Counted from the first letter of the stretch, positions 42,486-54,586 are shown. The stretch is DNA of 64,000 bases from Planctomycetota bacterium (GCA_029259715.1 JAJDEP010000004.1:17649-81648); one strand, 5' to 3'. The notes: a model not told the origin generated them from the sequence alone. Numbers and translations: made by a program.

Positions 42486-45044
42486 GTGGACGACGAAGCA
42501 AGCAGCGCCGGAGCAACGCAGCCCCTCGAGCGGTTCCCCTGCCTGATCGTGGGGGCCACCGTGGCGCTGCTGTTCACCGCCCTGCCCCGGGGGGTGTTGC
42601 TGCCGGCCGTCGACCGCACCGTCCCGTGGGCCGTCGGTCTGGTGGTGCAGGCCGGGGCCTTCGCCCTGGGTCTGGCGGCGGCCCGCTCAGTGGCCCGCAG
42701 CCGACGCCGACTGCTGCTGGTGGCCGCGGCCACCCTGGCCGGCGGACTGCTGGCCTCGGCGCTGTGCGACTGGCTGCGCCCCTCGCTCGTGATCTGGTTG
42801 CTGGGCGACTCGCCCTTCTACGGACTCATCGTGGCGGCCAGCGCCGCGGTGAGCCTGCCCCTGGCGCTGCCCCTGGGCGCGCTGGCCGGCATCCCCCTGG
42901 CGTCGGGCGGGCGCGGGGCGGCCTGGCTGCTGCTCGGCGCGGCGGCGGGCTTCGTGGCCGCCCCGATCCTGTGCGAGATGCTCCTCGGCTGGTCGGTGAG
43001 CCTGCAGGCCTGCGCCCTCGTCGGCGCGGCGGGCGCCATCGGGATGGCCCGCCACCCGCCGCGGCCGCCCCCGGCGGCGCGACTCGCCCCCGGCGCCGCG
43101 GTGAGCCTCGCCGTGGGCGGCGCCGCGACCATGGCGGCCTACGGCCAGCTCGACGGACACCTCGACCTGGGCAACCTCGGCGGACCGTGGTTCGCGGCGT
43201 GCGCCTGCTTCGCCGGATCGCTGTGGGTGCGCTTCCCTCCGCCGCCGCGGGCGATCCACATGCCCTTGCTGGTCATCGCCTGGACCTTGCTGCTCCCGCT
43301 GTTGCTGCCGGTCGAGCCGGCGGTCTGGTCCGACGCCCACGGAGACCCGCGCCAGGGCGTGCTGCTCATCGCCCTGATCGGTCTGCCGGCCGGCCTGCTC
43401 CTCGGCGGCTTGCTGGGCCAACGCTCGGCGTCCGAGGTGCGCGGGGTGCCGCTGGCCTTGTCGCCGCTGCTCATCGTCGTGCTCCTGCCCCTCGTGCTCT
43501 GGCGCCTGCTCCCGACCTGGGACGTGCGCGGCGCGAGTTGGGCCCTCGCCCTGGTCGGCGTGGTGGGCGATTGGGTCAGTCACCGCCGCGGCAACCATGC
43601 CTGGCGTCAGGCCCTCGTGCTCCTGCTCGCCTTCGGCGGCCTGTCCCTGCTCGGGGTCGGACGGCCGCTGCCCGACGGGGCCCTGCCGAGCATCGAATCG
43701 TGGCAGACGGCCGAGGGCCCGGCCGCCGTTGTCGTCGATCCCGACTCGGGCGAGGAGCTGCTGGCCGTCAACGGCGCGGCGGCGCTCGGGCGCTCGGCGC
43801 GGCAGCGCCGCCGGCTCGCGCACCTGCCGCTGCTGGTCCACGGCGCGCCGCGCTCGGTGCTGCTCTCGGCCTCGAGCCACGGCGAGGAAGCCCGCGCCGC
43901 CATGCAACACGACCTCGACAGCCTGGTGTGGATCGAGCCCTTCTCCGATCGCAGCGCCATCGTCGACACGAGCACCACCGGCGCCTACCTGGTGCGCAAG
44001 ACGGGCAGCGAACGCATGCTCATCGCCGGGCGGCCCGAACGCTACGACGTGATCGTCATGGCGCCCGACCCGCTGGCCTCGACCCGCGCTCCGCTCGTGG
44101 GCACGGTGGAGTTCTTCGAGGTCGCCCGCGGCCGCCTGGCGGACGACGGCCTGCTGTGCCAGTGGTGGGACCTCTTCACTACCCACATCACCGAGTTCAA
44201 GGCGGTGGCCGCCAGCGCGGCCCAGGTCTTCGACCATGTCTACGTGATCATGGACCACCCGCGCAGCCGCCGCATGCAACTGGCCGTGATCGCCTCGCAA
44301 CGACCGCTGGAAATTGACGTCGAGCTCATGGAGAACTTCCTCTTCGAGCACCCGGCCATCCGCGACGACCTCGAGCAGGTGGGCATCAACGGGATCATGG
44401 TGGCGTCGCTGATCATGGCCGACCGCGGCACGCTGCAACTGCTGGCGCCGCAGCACGCCGCCCTGCGGGACGCCCGCCCGGTGCTCGGCGTGCGCGGTCC
44501 GGCCCGGGCCCTGTGGTCGCCCACGCCGCCCACCGCCGTCCACAACACCCTGCTCGTGCGGCGCCGCGGCGCCCTCGATTGGATCGCCGGCGCCGACGAC
44601 GACGCGGCCGTCGCCGCCCGGGCCCGGGACATCTACGCAGGTTGGCAGCAGATCATCGGCGGGGCCGCGCAGGTCGTGGCCGCCCACGGGCGCCGCGCGC
44701 CGTCCTTCGAGAGCGAGGCCTCCGGATCGGGTTCCCCCGAGGAGTACGACGCCTTCATCGCGGCGCTGCCGGACCTGCACGACTGGCCCTACCTCGACGG
44801 ACTCGTGCTCGGGGCCGCCCACTCACTGCGCAAGCAACGTGAATTCGACGCGGCCGAGACGTACCTGCGCCGCGCCATCGCCAACAAGCCCTGGTCGGCC
44901 CCCTTCCGCTACGCCCTCGCGCGGCTCGTGGAGGAGCGCGGGGACGCCGCGCTGGCCCGCGAGCTCTACGGCACCGTGGTGGCCTTCGACGCCGAGCACG
45001 CCGAGGCCCTCGACGCCCTGCGGCGACTCACCTCCGACGGCTAG
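42486..45044 (+). CDS. Polytopic membrane protein fused to a spermidine-synthase-like domain and C-terminal TPR
   Basis: About 12 TMs, then LAHLPLLVH, YDVIV, TVEFF, RLADDGLLCQW; helical TPR-like tail. Start approximate. Confidence 0.78.
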   Translation: MDDEASSAGATQPLERFPCLIVGATVALLFTALPRGVLLPAVDRTVPWAVGLVVQAGAFALGLAAARSVARSRRRLLLVAAATLAGGLLASALCDWLRPSLVIWLLGDSPFYGLIVAASAAVSLPLALPLGALAGIPLASGGRGAAWLLLGAAAGFVAAPILCEMLLGWSVSLQACALVGAAGAIGMARHPPRPPPAARLAPGAAVSLAVGGAATMAAYGQLDGHLDLGNLGGPWFAACACFAGSLWVRFPPPPRAIHMPLLVIAWTLLLPLLLPVEPAVWSDAHGDPRQGVLLIALIGLPAGLLLGGLLGQRSASEVRGVPLALSPLLIVVLLPLVLWRLLPTWDVRGASWALALVGVVGDWVSHRRGNHAWRQALVLLLAFGGLSLLGVGRPLPDGALPSIESWQTAEGPAAVVVDPDSGEELLAVNGAAALGRSARQRRRLAHLPLLVHGAPRSVLLSASSHGEEARAAMQHDLDSLVWIEPFSDRSAIVDTSTTGAYLVRKTGSERMLIAGRPERYDVIVMAPDPLASTRAPLVGTVEFFEVARGRLADDGLLCQWWDLFTTHITEFKAVAASAAQVFDHVYVIMDHPRSRRMQLAVIASQRPLEIDVELMENFLFEHPAIRDDLEQVGINGIMVASLIMADRGTLQLLAPQHAALRDARPVLGVRGPARALWSPTPPTAVHNTLLVRRRGALDWIAGADDDAAVAARARDIYAGWQQIIGGAAQVVAAHGRRAPSFESEASGSGSPEEYDAFIAALPDLHDWPYLDGLVLGAAHSLRKQREFDAAETYLRRAIANKPWSAPFRYALARLVEERGDAALARELYGTVVAFDAEHAEALDALRRLTSDG

Positions 45045-46105
45045 TCCGCCGCGTCGGTCCACACGGGGATGCCGAGCAGGCGCCAGGTCGTCGTGCCCGG
45101 CTCGCGGTTGCGCGCCACCAGGCCGGCCACCCACCAGTCGGTCTCGCTCTCCGCGGCGGTGTCCTCCCACCCGCCCCACAGCGGGCCCACGTAGTGCCAG
45201 CCGCCGTCCGCGTCGGCCATGTTCATGTAGACCGGGAAGAACCACTCGCGCACGAACGGATCGTCGTCGTCCCGCCCGCGCCAGCTGCGGAAGAGCGAGA
45301 CGGGCTCGCTGCTCGCCAGGGTCAGGAAGCGCACCTCGCGCCGGTCGCCCACATCGTCGTAGGCGAAGAGGGTCAGCAGGCCGAGGACGTCGAGCACCTC
45401 GATGGCCCGACTGCTCTCACGCCCCAGCGCGCCCACCGTCTCGCCCTCGGCGGGCAGCCCGGTGCTGGCGCTGAACCCGGTCACCAGACCGAGCAGCGAC
45501 AGGAAGGCCATGTCGTCGCGACCGGCGCGGTGGGTCCAGTCGTAGAGCAGCAGGAAGCCCGAACGCCAGTAGTCCTCGGTCTTGCTGACCTCGCGGAAGA
45601 ACAGCGGCGCCAGGATGTGGTCGCGGCGCAGCTCGTCGCTCTCCTTGTAGCCGTAGAGGAACGAGTAGAATTCCATGCGCTCGAGCGGTGACGTGCGCGA
45701 GAAGTAGAACGGGAAGACCAGCGTCTGCTCGCGGAACGGCGGCGCCGAGAAGTTCCAGTAGAACGGCAGCACGCGGAAGTGCCGCCGATCGCTCTCGACG
45801 TCCTCGCCCACCATCCAGAAGCAGGCGTTCCAACCGTAGGAGCTGCCGTCCTCGCTGCTCTCGGACGAGTAGAACGGCGGCACGAACACATCGCTGTGCC
45901 GCACCTGGTAGGGCTGGTCGAGCAGCCGCGTCGTGCACGCCGAGAGGGTCGAGAGCAGCGCCAGACCCAGGAGCGATAAGCCCAGGCGCGCGCATCCGCC
46001 CCGCACCGGACTCGCCACGCCGTGACGCGGGCATTCCACGCCGCGCGGGGTCGCCGATCGGCGTCGGCGCGAGACGAGGGAGCGCTGCGGGTGAGGAGGG
46101 CTCAT
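45041..46105 (-). CDS. Hypothetical lipoprotein with aromatic xPFY/xPLF beta repeats
   Basis: Lipobox LSAC after a hydrophobic stretch; VPPFY, LPFYW, FPFYF, APLFF, FPVY, GPLW repeats. Confidence 0.7.
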   Translation of the reverse strand: MSPPHPQRSLVSRRRRSATPRGVECPRHGVASPVRGGCARLGLSLLGLALLSTLSACTTRLLDQPYQVRHSDVFVPPFYSSESSEDGSSYGWNACFWMVGEDVESDRRHFRVLPFYWNFSAPPFREQTLVFPFYFSRTSPLERMEFYSFLYGYKESDELRRDHILAPLFFREVSKTEDYWRSGFLLLYDWTHRAGRDDMAFLSLLGLVTGFSASTGLPAEGETVGALGRESSRAIEVLDVLGLLTLFAYDDVGDRREVRFLTLASSEPVSLFRSWRGRDDDDPFVREWFFPVYMNMADADGGWHYVGPLWGGWEDTAAESETDWWVAGLVARNREPGTTTWRLLGIPVWTDAAD

Positions 46106-46122
46106 CGGGGGCGCATGATAGG

Positions 46123-47724
46123 TCACCGGCCGCGCCGTCCGAAGGGCAGCTTGTCGGTGAAGCGGGCCAGGGCGGCCTTGTCCTCCGGCCGCAGGAATCC
46201 GCCGAACCACAACAGCAGGGGCGCCGCCACCAGGGCGCCGGCCCGCGTGGCCAGACCGACCCAGGTGTCGTCCGCCGGCGCGAAGCGTCCCACCACCGCG
46301 GCGCCGCCGATGAACACCAGTACGAGCCCCCCCAGGCGTCCCCACTCCCACCGATGGGGATACACGCGTTCGCTCAAGGCCAGCGTGAAGACGAGCATGA
46401 AGGCGTAGCTCACGGTGGTGGCCCAGGCCGCGCCCACCCCGCCATAGGCCGGGATCCACCAGAGATTGAGGCCGAGGTTGAGCACGGCGGCCGAGCACAC
46501 CGAGACCGCCAGCCACCCGTTGCGGGCCCGGATCGAGAAGCCCACCCGCGCCACGTCGTTGAGCCCGTAGCAGACGTAACCGATGACCAGGATCCCGATC
46601 ATGGACGCGGCCCCCTCGAATTCGCCGGTCGTGTCGGTGATGCGCGCGAACATGCGCGCGAACAGGCCCCCGGGCAGGTCGCCGCTCGTGTCGAGCAGTC
46701 GCGCCAGGGGTGCACCGAGCATGGCCAGCGCGAAGCCCGCGGACGCCGCCACCGCCGCGAACGCCGTCGCCACCCGCGCGAACTGCTTCTGGGCGTCGGG
46801 CTCCTTGGCGATGTTGAAGAACACGGCCGGCCACATCATGCCCATGGGCGCGACCAGGGCGATCTCGACGATGCGCGCGAACTTGTCGCCGTAGGCATAG
46901 AGGCCGCCGCCCTGCTCGAAGCCGAGCTGGTTGAGCAGCACCCGGTCGGTGGTCGCCAGGATGTTGAAGGCGATCGCCATGGGCATCAGCGGCAGGCCGT
47001 AGGCCACCAGCTTGCGGATCAACGCCCCGTCCAACGCCGGGCGGCGCATCTCGGGCACGTAGACGAACGCCAGCGCGAGCCGGAAGGCCGCCGCCACCAG
47101 CGCCGCCCACGCGATGCCGAGGACGCCCATGTCGAGCACCGTCACGGCGACGATGTTGCCGATCACCGCCACCAGGAACTCGCCGAAGCTCATGATCGCC
47201 ACGGGCATGGTGCGGAAGCGCACCTTCAGGATGCCCTCGGCCGGATAGGTCATGTCGCGCAGACCCTGGGCCGCCACGAACAGCGCCATGGTCAGGGCGT
47301 GGGCGCCGGTGTTCGTCGCCAGGCGGCCCAGCGGCGCGGCGAAGGCGATGGCCCCGCCGCAGATCACGGCCGCCGCCAGGATCGCCCAGCCCGCCGTGAC
47401 CGAGACGATGCGGCTCTTCTCGGCGTCGTCCGGTTCGCGCTCCTGCTCGCCGTCCCGCGCGGCGCCCGTCTTGAGCGCCCAGATCATCGACGAGGTCATG
47501 CCGTGCGACGCCACCAGACTCACCACGGTGGCCACGTTCAGGATGGCCTCCATGTAGCTGAAGTCGCGGGCGAGCAGGACGCCCGTGTAGATCGGCAGCA
47601 GGATGAAGCCCACGCCGCGGGTCAGCAGGTTGCCCACGAGCAGGATGCCCGAGTGCTTGGCGAGCTGGCCGAGGTGGCCGCCTCCCGATGCCGAGGACTC
47701 CGGGCTGTTCGCCGCGTCGCTCAA
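46123..47724 (-). CDS. Wzx-type oligosaccharide/polysaccharide flippase
   Basis: FILLPIYT, YGLPL, TDR, GLYAYG, IPAYGGVGAAWAT; about 14 TMs. Confidence 0.88.
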   Translation of the reverse strand: MSDAANSPESSASGGGHLGQLAKHSGILLVGNLLTRGVGFILLPIYTGVLLARDFSYMEAILNVATVVSLVASHGMTSSMIWALKTGAARDGEQEREPDDAEKSRIVSVTAGWAILAAAVICGGAIAFAAPLGRLATNTGAHALTMALFVAAQGLRDMTYPAEGILKVRFRTMPVAIMSFGEFLVAVIGNIVAVTVLDMGVLGIAWAALVAAAFRLALAFVYVPEMRRPALDGALIRKLVAYGLPLMPMAIAFNILATTDRVLLNQLGFEQGGGLYAYGDKFARIVEIALVAPMGMMWPAVFFNIAKEPDAQKQFARVATAFAAVAASAGFALAMLGAPLARLLDTSGDLPGGLFARMFARITDTTGEFEGAASMIGILVIGYVCYGLNDVARVGFSIRARNGWLAVSVCSAAVLNLGLNLWWIPAYGGVGAAWATTVSYAFMLVFTLALSERVYPHRWEWGRLGGLVLVFIGGAAVVGRFAPADDTWVGLATRAGALVAAPLLLWFGGFLRPEDKAALARFTDKLPFGRRGR

Positions 47725-47954
47725 GGGGACGGTCTTGCTCCTCGGGGTCGGCGGCCGGCCGGACAGACGCCGGCCGGCCCGGTGGGCGCCGGTTCTCGCC
47801 GCCGGACAGCATAGAGGGGCGCAGGACCCGTTCGAAGGGCGCCTCGGAACGCTGATCGGGCCCCGCTCGCCCTCAAGCGAGTCGGCCTGCCCTGCCGAAG
47901 AAGGCCTCGGTCGTCACCCACGACCGGAGCAGAGAGAGAGGAGGCCACAGGCCG

Positions 47955-48524
47955 ATGGAAACCCACGACGCCGGCACCATCAACGAGGTCACCACGCCGA
48001 ACAAGCGCTCGGCCAGCCCCGGGCTGCTGGAGGCGCTCGTGGCCCTCTCCATCGTCGTGAGCCTGTCGGGCGTCGTCATGCCCGTGGTGGGCAGCGAGCT
48101 CTCCAAGGGCCGCATGACGGACGCCTGGGCAGACATGCAGACCATCGCCGAGGGCCTCAACGGCTACACCCGCGACACGCTCTACCTGCCCACGGGCATC
48201 CAGGGCCGCACGAACGTGACCTGGCTCTACGGCGCCGGCGCCATCCCCATCGGCAACACCTTCGACGCCAACGGCGAGGGCCGCGCCCTCGAGGACGCCC
48301 TGCTCACCGACGAGCTCGGCGGCCCGCGCTGGAGCGGCCCCTACAGCAGCACCGACGTCCTCGGCCCCGATCCGTGGGGGCAGGCCTACATCGTCAATGC
48401 CGACGGCTGGATCAGCGGCCATCGCAACCCCTACGTCATCAGCGCGGGCCCCGACGGCCGCCTGCAGACCTCGCCCTTCGATCGCGAAGCGGCCGGCGAC
48501 GACCTGCTCTACATGCTGCCCTAG
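47955..48524 (+). CDS. GspG-like pseudopilin with an atypical N-terminus
   Basis: LLEALVALSIVVSL hydrophobic helix, WSGPY, DPWGQAY, ISAGPDG, GDD. Confidence 0.8.
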   Translation: METHDAGTINEVTTPNKRSASPGLLEALVALSIVVSLSGVVMPVVGSELSKGRMTDAWADMQTIAEGLNGYTRDTLYLPTGIQGRTNVTWLYGAGAIPIGNTFDANGEGRALEDALLTDELGGPRWSGPYSSTDVLGPDPWGQAYIVNADGWISGHRNPYVISAGPDGRLQTSPFDREAAGDDLLYMLP

Positions 48525-48607
48525 GCGGCGGCCCTCCCAGCCGGGGCTGTGACCCCACGCGAGGATCGGCATACTGATCCCCCGACGTCCGCCGGGAGAT
48601 CCCTCCG

Positions 48608-49093
48608 ATGCCGCGCCCCCCAGACCAGACCCCTCGCTCGCGTTCGCGAGCCGCCGGCCTCACGGCGCTGACCAGTTGGATCGGCGCCGCCCTGCTCGTG
48701 CTGACGGGCACCGCCTGCCAACAACTCTGGTCGACGGGCCCGACCCGGTCGCCTTCCGCGCCGCTCGCGCCCTCGGCCGTCGGGCACGACTACACCGTCA
48801 CCCACGCCGTCATGTTCGGCGGCACGCCCTCCGGCTACGTGATCGAGTTCATGGCCGTGCCCACCGGCATCATCGACCAGCGCGACTTCGTCCCCGGCAC
48901 CTGGCTGGTCGAGGACAGCGAGTTCCAACTGGTGGGCTTCATCTCGGCCCACGACCGGGCCTGGCGCTTCGACCGCGACGGTCGCGCCCTCGATCAGGGC
49001 CGCGGCGATCGCGACGGGGCCGTGGCGCACCTGCTCGGCCGCACGGGCAAGCCCGAGTATCGCGAGACCAACCTCGGCGTGCCCCGGGGCTGA
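48608..49093 (+). CDS. Hypothetical lipoprotein
   Basis: Arg-rich N-terminus, hydrophobic stretch, GTAC lipobox; GC-skewed third codon positions. Confidence 0.65.
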   Translation: MPRPPDQTPRSRSRAAGLTALTSWIGAALLVLTGTACQQLWSTGPTRSPSAPLAPSAVGHDYTVTHAVMFGGTPSGYVIEFMAVPTGIIDQRDFVPGTWLVEDSEFQLVGFISAHDRAWRFDRDGRALDQGRGDRDGAVAHLLGRTGKPEYRETNLGVPRG

Positions 49094-49139
49094 CTTCTGG
49101 GGCTGGCCCCCGCGGCTGACCCCTGCGACTGACCCTGCG
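49089..49139 (+). repeat. Imperfect 13-nt tandem repeat x4 (GCTGACCCCTGCG-like)
   Basis: gctgacttctggg / gctggcccccgcg / gctgacccctgcg / actgaccctgcg, beginning at the lipoprotein stop codon. Confidence 0.6.
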
Positions 49140-49171
49140 GTCCGCGACGACCGCCTGGATCCGCGACGCCT

Positions 49172-50986
49172 CTAGCGACTCTGACGCAGACGCCGCTGTC
49201 CCGCGTCGCGCAACGCCCGCCGCAGGCTCGGCGGATCGCTCACGTCCGCTACATCGAGAGCGGTGAACACGTAGGCCATGGCCCGCCCGGTACTGGGGAT
49301 GCCCAGGCGGTGCAGGTGACCCGCATCCATGACCGGGTCGAGACGTTGCACCACCCGTGACGGCAGGTAGGTGGCCGACGCGGCATCGAGCAGGGCGCCG
49401 GCATCGAGGTCGCCCTCGCCCCCCACCACGACCACGTGCAACGGCGGGTGCAGCAACAGCTCGACGCTGCGACCGTAGGCCGTCATCGACCAGCCGAAGC
49501 GCAGGAAGTCCGCCGCGTGGCGCTCCAACGCCCGGCGGGCGATGCCCTCGAGCTCTGTGCGGCCGGTGTAAAGGGCGCCGCGCAGCAACACCTCGGCCGC
49601 CACCGCACCGTCGAGGAAGGCCCGTTCGTCCCGGCGAACGTCACGGCCGCGGCTCACGTCGGCGAGATCGGCGAAGTCACCATCCGGCCCCACGAACTGG
49701 GTGGCGATCAGGCGCAGCAGGTCGTCGAGGGCAGGGCCGAAGGAGCGCTCGTCGGTGTACTGCAGCAGCCGCAGCAGGGCCCGGGCCGTCTCGGCCTGGT
49801 CGCGCAGCCGGCCGGGGAGCTTGGGCCCGGTGCCGTCGTCGAAGTGGAACATGCCGCGCCCCGGGCGCCAGAGGCGCTCGAGCAGGCGCCGCATGACGGC
49901 TCCGGCCGTTCCCGTCAGCCCCGGACGTCCGAGCACGGCCCCCGCCTTCAGCAGCGCGGACACCGCCCGGGCGTTGGCGTCCGCGAGGAAGCGGCCGTCG
50001 TGGCGCGGCGGCGTGCGCGTGCGGCGGGCGGGGCCGTCGAAGGCATAGTAGTCGTCGGCGGGCTCGATCCCCGACGCGAACAACCCGGCGTCGGCATCGA
50101 AGAAGTCGCGCAGCATGGCGTCGACGGTGCGCCCGCCATAGGTCAGGAAGTCGGCCCGCCCCATCACCTGCCCGGCCTCGAGATAGTTGCGGGCCAGGCC
50201 GGCGTTGCTGCTCAGCGACTTCTCGGTGTTCGGGCGGGTCCAGTCGCGCCCCTCGGTAAAGCGGAAGAAGCCGCCCGCCACCGCGTCCTGCAAGTCGCCG
50301 TCGGCCATCTGGCTGAGGGTCTTCTCGATCACGCCCTGCAGGCGCGGGCTGGCGTCGCCGGCGAAGCGCAGGATGGCGTAGTCGAGCGCTTCGGGGTGCG
50401 GGAACTTGGCGCCCGTGCCGAAGCCGCCGTGACGTTCGTCGAAGTTCGCCAGCAGCGCGGCCTCGATGGCCGGCAGCAGCGCGTCATCGAGTTGTGGCGG
50501 CCGCGGCCCGGCGTGCGCCGCCGCGCGCGGAGCGCCCGCGGCGCCTGTGTCTCTGGTCGCGGAGGCGGCCCCGTCGGTGGTCGTGCGGGTGCGGGCGTCG
50601 GCGTCGGCGTCGGTGGTTGCCGCAGCGGCGGCCGGCGACTCACCGCGCAGCGTCGTCACGGCGGCGTCGACGCGGGCCAACAGGTCGGGCCCGTCGATCC
50701 AGGTGCCGGCATCGAGCAGCGCGCCCCCGGCGTCGAGCAGGGCCAGGCTGGGCCAGGCGCCCTGTCCGTAGAGGGCGGCCAGTTGCGGGTGGCGGTCCTT
50801 GTCGGCGCGCACCGCGATGACCCGGTCGGCCAGGGCCGCCGCCACATCGGCTTGCTCGAGCACCTCACGCTGGAAGCGACGGCTGCGACGACTCCATCCG
50901 GCGACGAGCAGCAGCAACACGGGGCGCCGCTCCTCGCGGGCCACCGCGAGCACCTCGTCGTTCCAGTCGTGCCAATGCAGTGCCAT
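49172..50986 (-). CDS. YyaL/SSP411 (DUF255 thioredoxin-like plus alpha/alpha barrel) family protein
   Basis: WHDWNDE, GAWP, FDERHGGFGTGAKFP, GGFFRF, W-PNTEK. Confidence 0.87.
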   Translation of the reverse strand: MALHWHDWNDEVLAVAREERRPVLLLLVAGWSRRSRRFQREVLEQADVAAALADRVIAVRADKDRHPQLAALYGQGAWPSLALLDAGGALLDAGTWIDGPDLLARVDAAVTTLRGESPAAAAATTDADADARTRTTTDGAASATRDTGAAGAPRAAAHAGPRPPQLDDALLPAIEAALLANFDERHGGFGTGAKFPHPEALDYAILRFAGDASPRLQGVIEKTLSQMADGDLQDAVAGGFFRFTEGRDWTRPNTEKSLSSNAGLARNYLEAGQVMGRADFLTYGGRTVDAMLRDFFDADAGLFASGIEPADDYYAFDGPARRTRTPPRHDGRFLADANARAVSALLKAGAVLGRPGLTGTAGAVMRRLLERLWRPGRGMFHFDDGTGPKLPGRLRDQAETARALLRLLQYTDERSFGPALDDLLRLIATQFVGPDGDFADLADVSRGRDVRRDERAFLDGAVAAEVLLRGALYTGRTELEGIARRALERHAADFLRFGWSMTAYGRSVELLLHPPLHVVVVGGEGDLDAGALLDAASATYLPSRVVQRLDPVMDAGHLHRLGIPSTGRAMAYVFTALDVADVSDPPSLRRALRDAGQRRLRQSR

Positions 50987-51084
50987 GTCATGGTCCTCAT
51001 CGGCCGCTGCGGCGGGCGATCCGCGCACGACTTCGCAAAAGGCGCGCGAAGCGGCCGGGACGGCCGCAAGGGGCCGCAGGAAGA

Positions 51085-51927
51085 CTAGTCCAGGATCGGG
51101 AAGCGGCCAGCCAGCCGGGCCGCCACCTCCGCGGCGCTGGCGCCGTTGGTGGCCGCGAGGCCCCGACGCAGGTTCAGGTGTGGCCCGCCGTAATCGAGGG
51201 GCTGCCCGTCGAGATCGATGCAGGCTCCCCCCGCCGCGACCAGGATCGCCTCGGGGCCGCAGGTGTCCCACAGGGAGATGTGGTTGGTGGTGGCCAGGTA
51301 GAGGTCGGCCTCGTCGGCGCAGATCTTGCCGACCTTGTAGCCGACGCTGCCCACCGAGAAGGTCTCGGCCGGCGACAACACCGCGATGGCCTCCTCGAGC
51401 CGCGCATCGCGGTGGGCGATGGACGCGATTACCCGCAGCTCCTCGGGGCGGGCCCGGGCGCTCACCGTGAGGGTGCGCCGCTCGCCGCCCGACTCCTCCT
51501 CGGCCCCGTCTCCGACGACGCCCAGGAACAGTCGCTGCGCCTTGGGGATGGCCACGGCGCCGAGGGCGGGACGGCCGTCGACGAGCAGGCCGATCATGAC
51601 CGCGAAGCCTTCACGCCCCTTGACGAAGTCGGAGGTGCCGTCAAGCGGGTCGACGATCCAGCAGCGACGGTTACGCCGCCACAGGTCGTCGGTGACCGGG
51701 GTCTCTTCGGCCAGGATCGCGTCGTCGGGGAAGCGCGCCGCCAACTCGCGGGTGATCAGCTCGTTGCTGTCGCGGTCGGCGTTCGTGACCGGCTGGCCGG
51801 CCTTGTCGTCGACGGTGTAGTCGGCGCCCTCGGCCCCGAAGTAGCCCATGACCACATCGGCGCCGCGCAGCGCCAACTCCCGCGCGAAGGCCAGCTCGGC
51901 GGAGAGGTCGTGCGGCCCGCCCGCCAT
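51085..51927 (-). CDS. cysQ: Inositol monophosphatase family protein, CysQ-like 3'(2'),5'-bisphosphate nucleotidase
   Basis: PVTNAD, LAEE, WIVDPLDGT, WDTCG. Confidence 0.85.
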   Translation of the reverse strand: MAGGPHDLSAELAFARELALRGADVVMGYFGAEGADYTVDDKAGQPVTNADRDSNELITRELAARFPDDAILAEETPVTDDLWRRNRRCWIVDPLDGTSDFVKGREGFAVMIGLLVDGRPALGAVAIPKAQRLFLGVVGDGAEEESGGERRTLTVSARARPEELRVIASIAHRDARLEEAIAVLSPAETFSVGSVGYKVGKICADEADLYLATTNHISLWDTCGPEAILVAAGGACIDLDGQPLDYGGPHLNLRRGLAATNGASAAEVAARLAGRFPILD

Positions 51928-52294
51928 CAGGCGGCCTCGCCTTCCCCTTCCAAGCTGATCTCGGGCACGTCGGCCCAGACCGCGTCGAGGTCGTAGTGGC
52001 GCCGCCCCTCCTCGTCGAAGAGGTGCAGCACGACATCGTCGTAGTCGTACAGCGACCAGCGTCCTTCGGGATCCTCACTGGCGCGATCGGGCACGCCGGC
52101 GCCGATGGCCTTGCACTCGAGCCGGATGGCATCGCGCACCGCACGGGCCTGACGGCTGTTGTTCACCGTCGCCAGCACGAAGTACTCGGCGATGCCCAGG
52201 CGGTCGCCCACGAAGAGCAACCGCACGTCTCTGCAACTCCTCTCCTGAGCGACACGCGCGCAGGTCAGGCCGACGTCTCGGGCGCTGGTCGTGA

Positions 52295-54319
<2,025 letters not shown>

Positions 54320-54368
54320 GGTTCAGAGCGGTCCCGGAGAGCTGTATTTCCCGAAAATCGAGCGGAGC

Positions 54369-54397
54369 AGAATAGGTGCGCTGGGTACCTGACACAA
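54369..54397 (-). promoter_or_regulatory. Putative sigma70 promoter for hppA-rsfS-cysQ
   Basis: Minus strand TTGTGT, 17 nt spacer, then TATTCT, about 50 nt upstream of the hppA ATG. Confidence 0.4.
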
Positions 54398-54586
54398 GGG
54401 GCCGGCCCTCTCGAGCGCCCTGTTTCCGGGCCTTTCGCGGGCTTTTCGGTGCCCGGCCCCGCCGCAGGCCGCGGGACCCACCACGGGGAGTGGTCGGGCG
54501 CTCCCGAGCGGCCGGCCCCTGAACGGCTGAACCGCACGCGGGCGGCCCCCAAGAGGCGGGGCTCCGAGAGGCGGGGTTCCGCCGCC

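Noticed and set aside
45041-47812. 923-aa ORF taken as one protein
   Set aside because: The upstream part is an alternative frame over wzx; only 45041-46105 looks coding.
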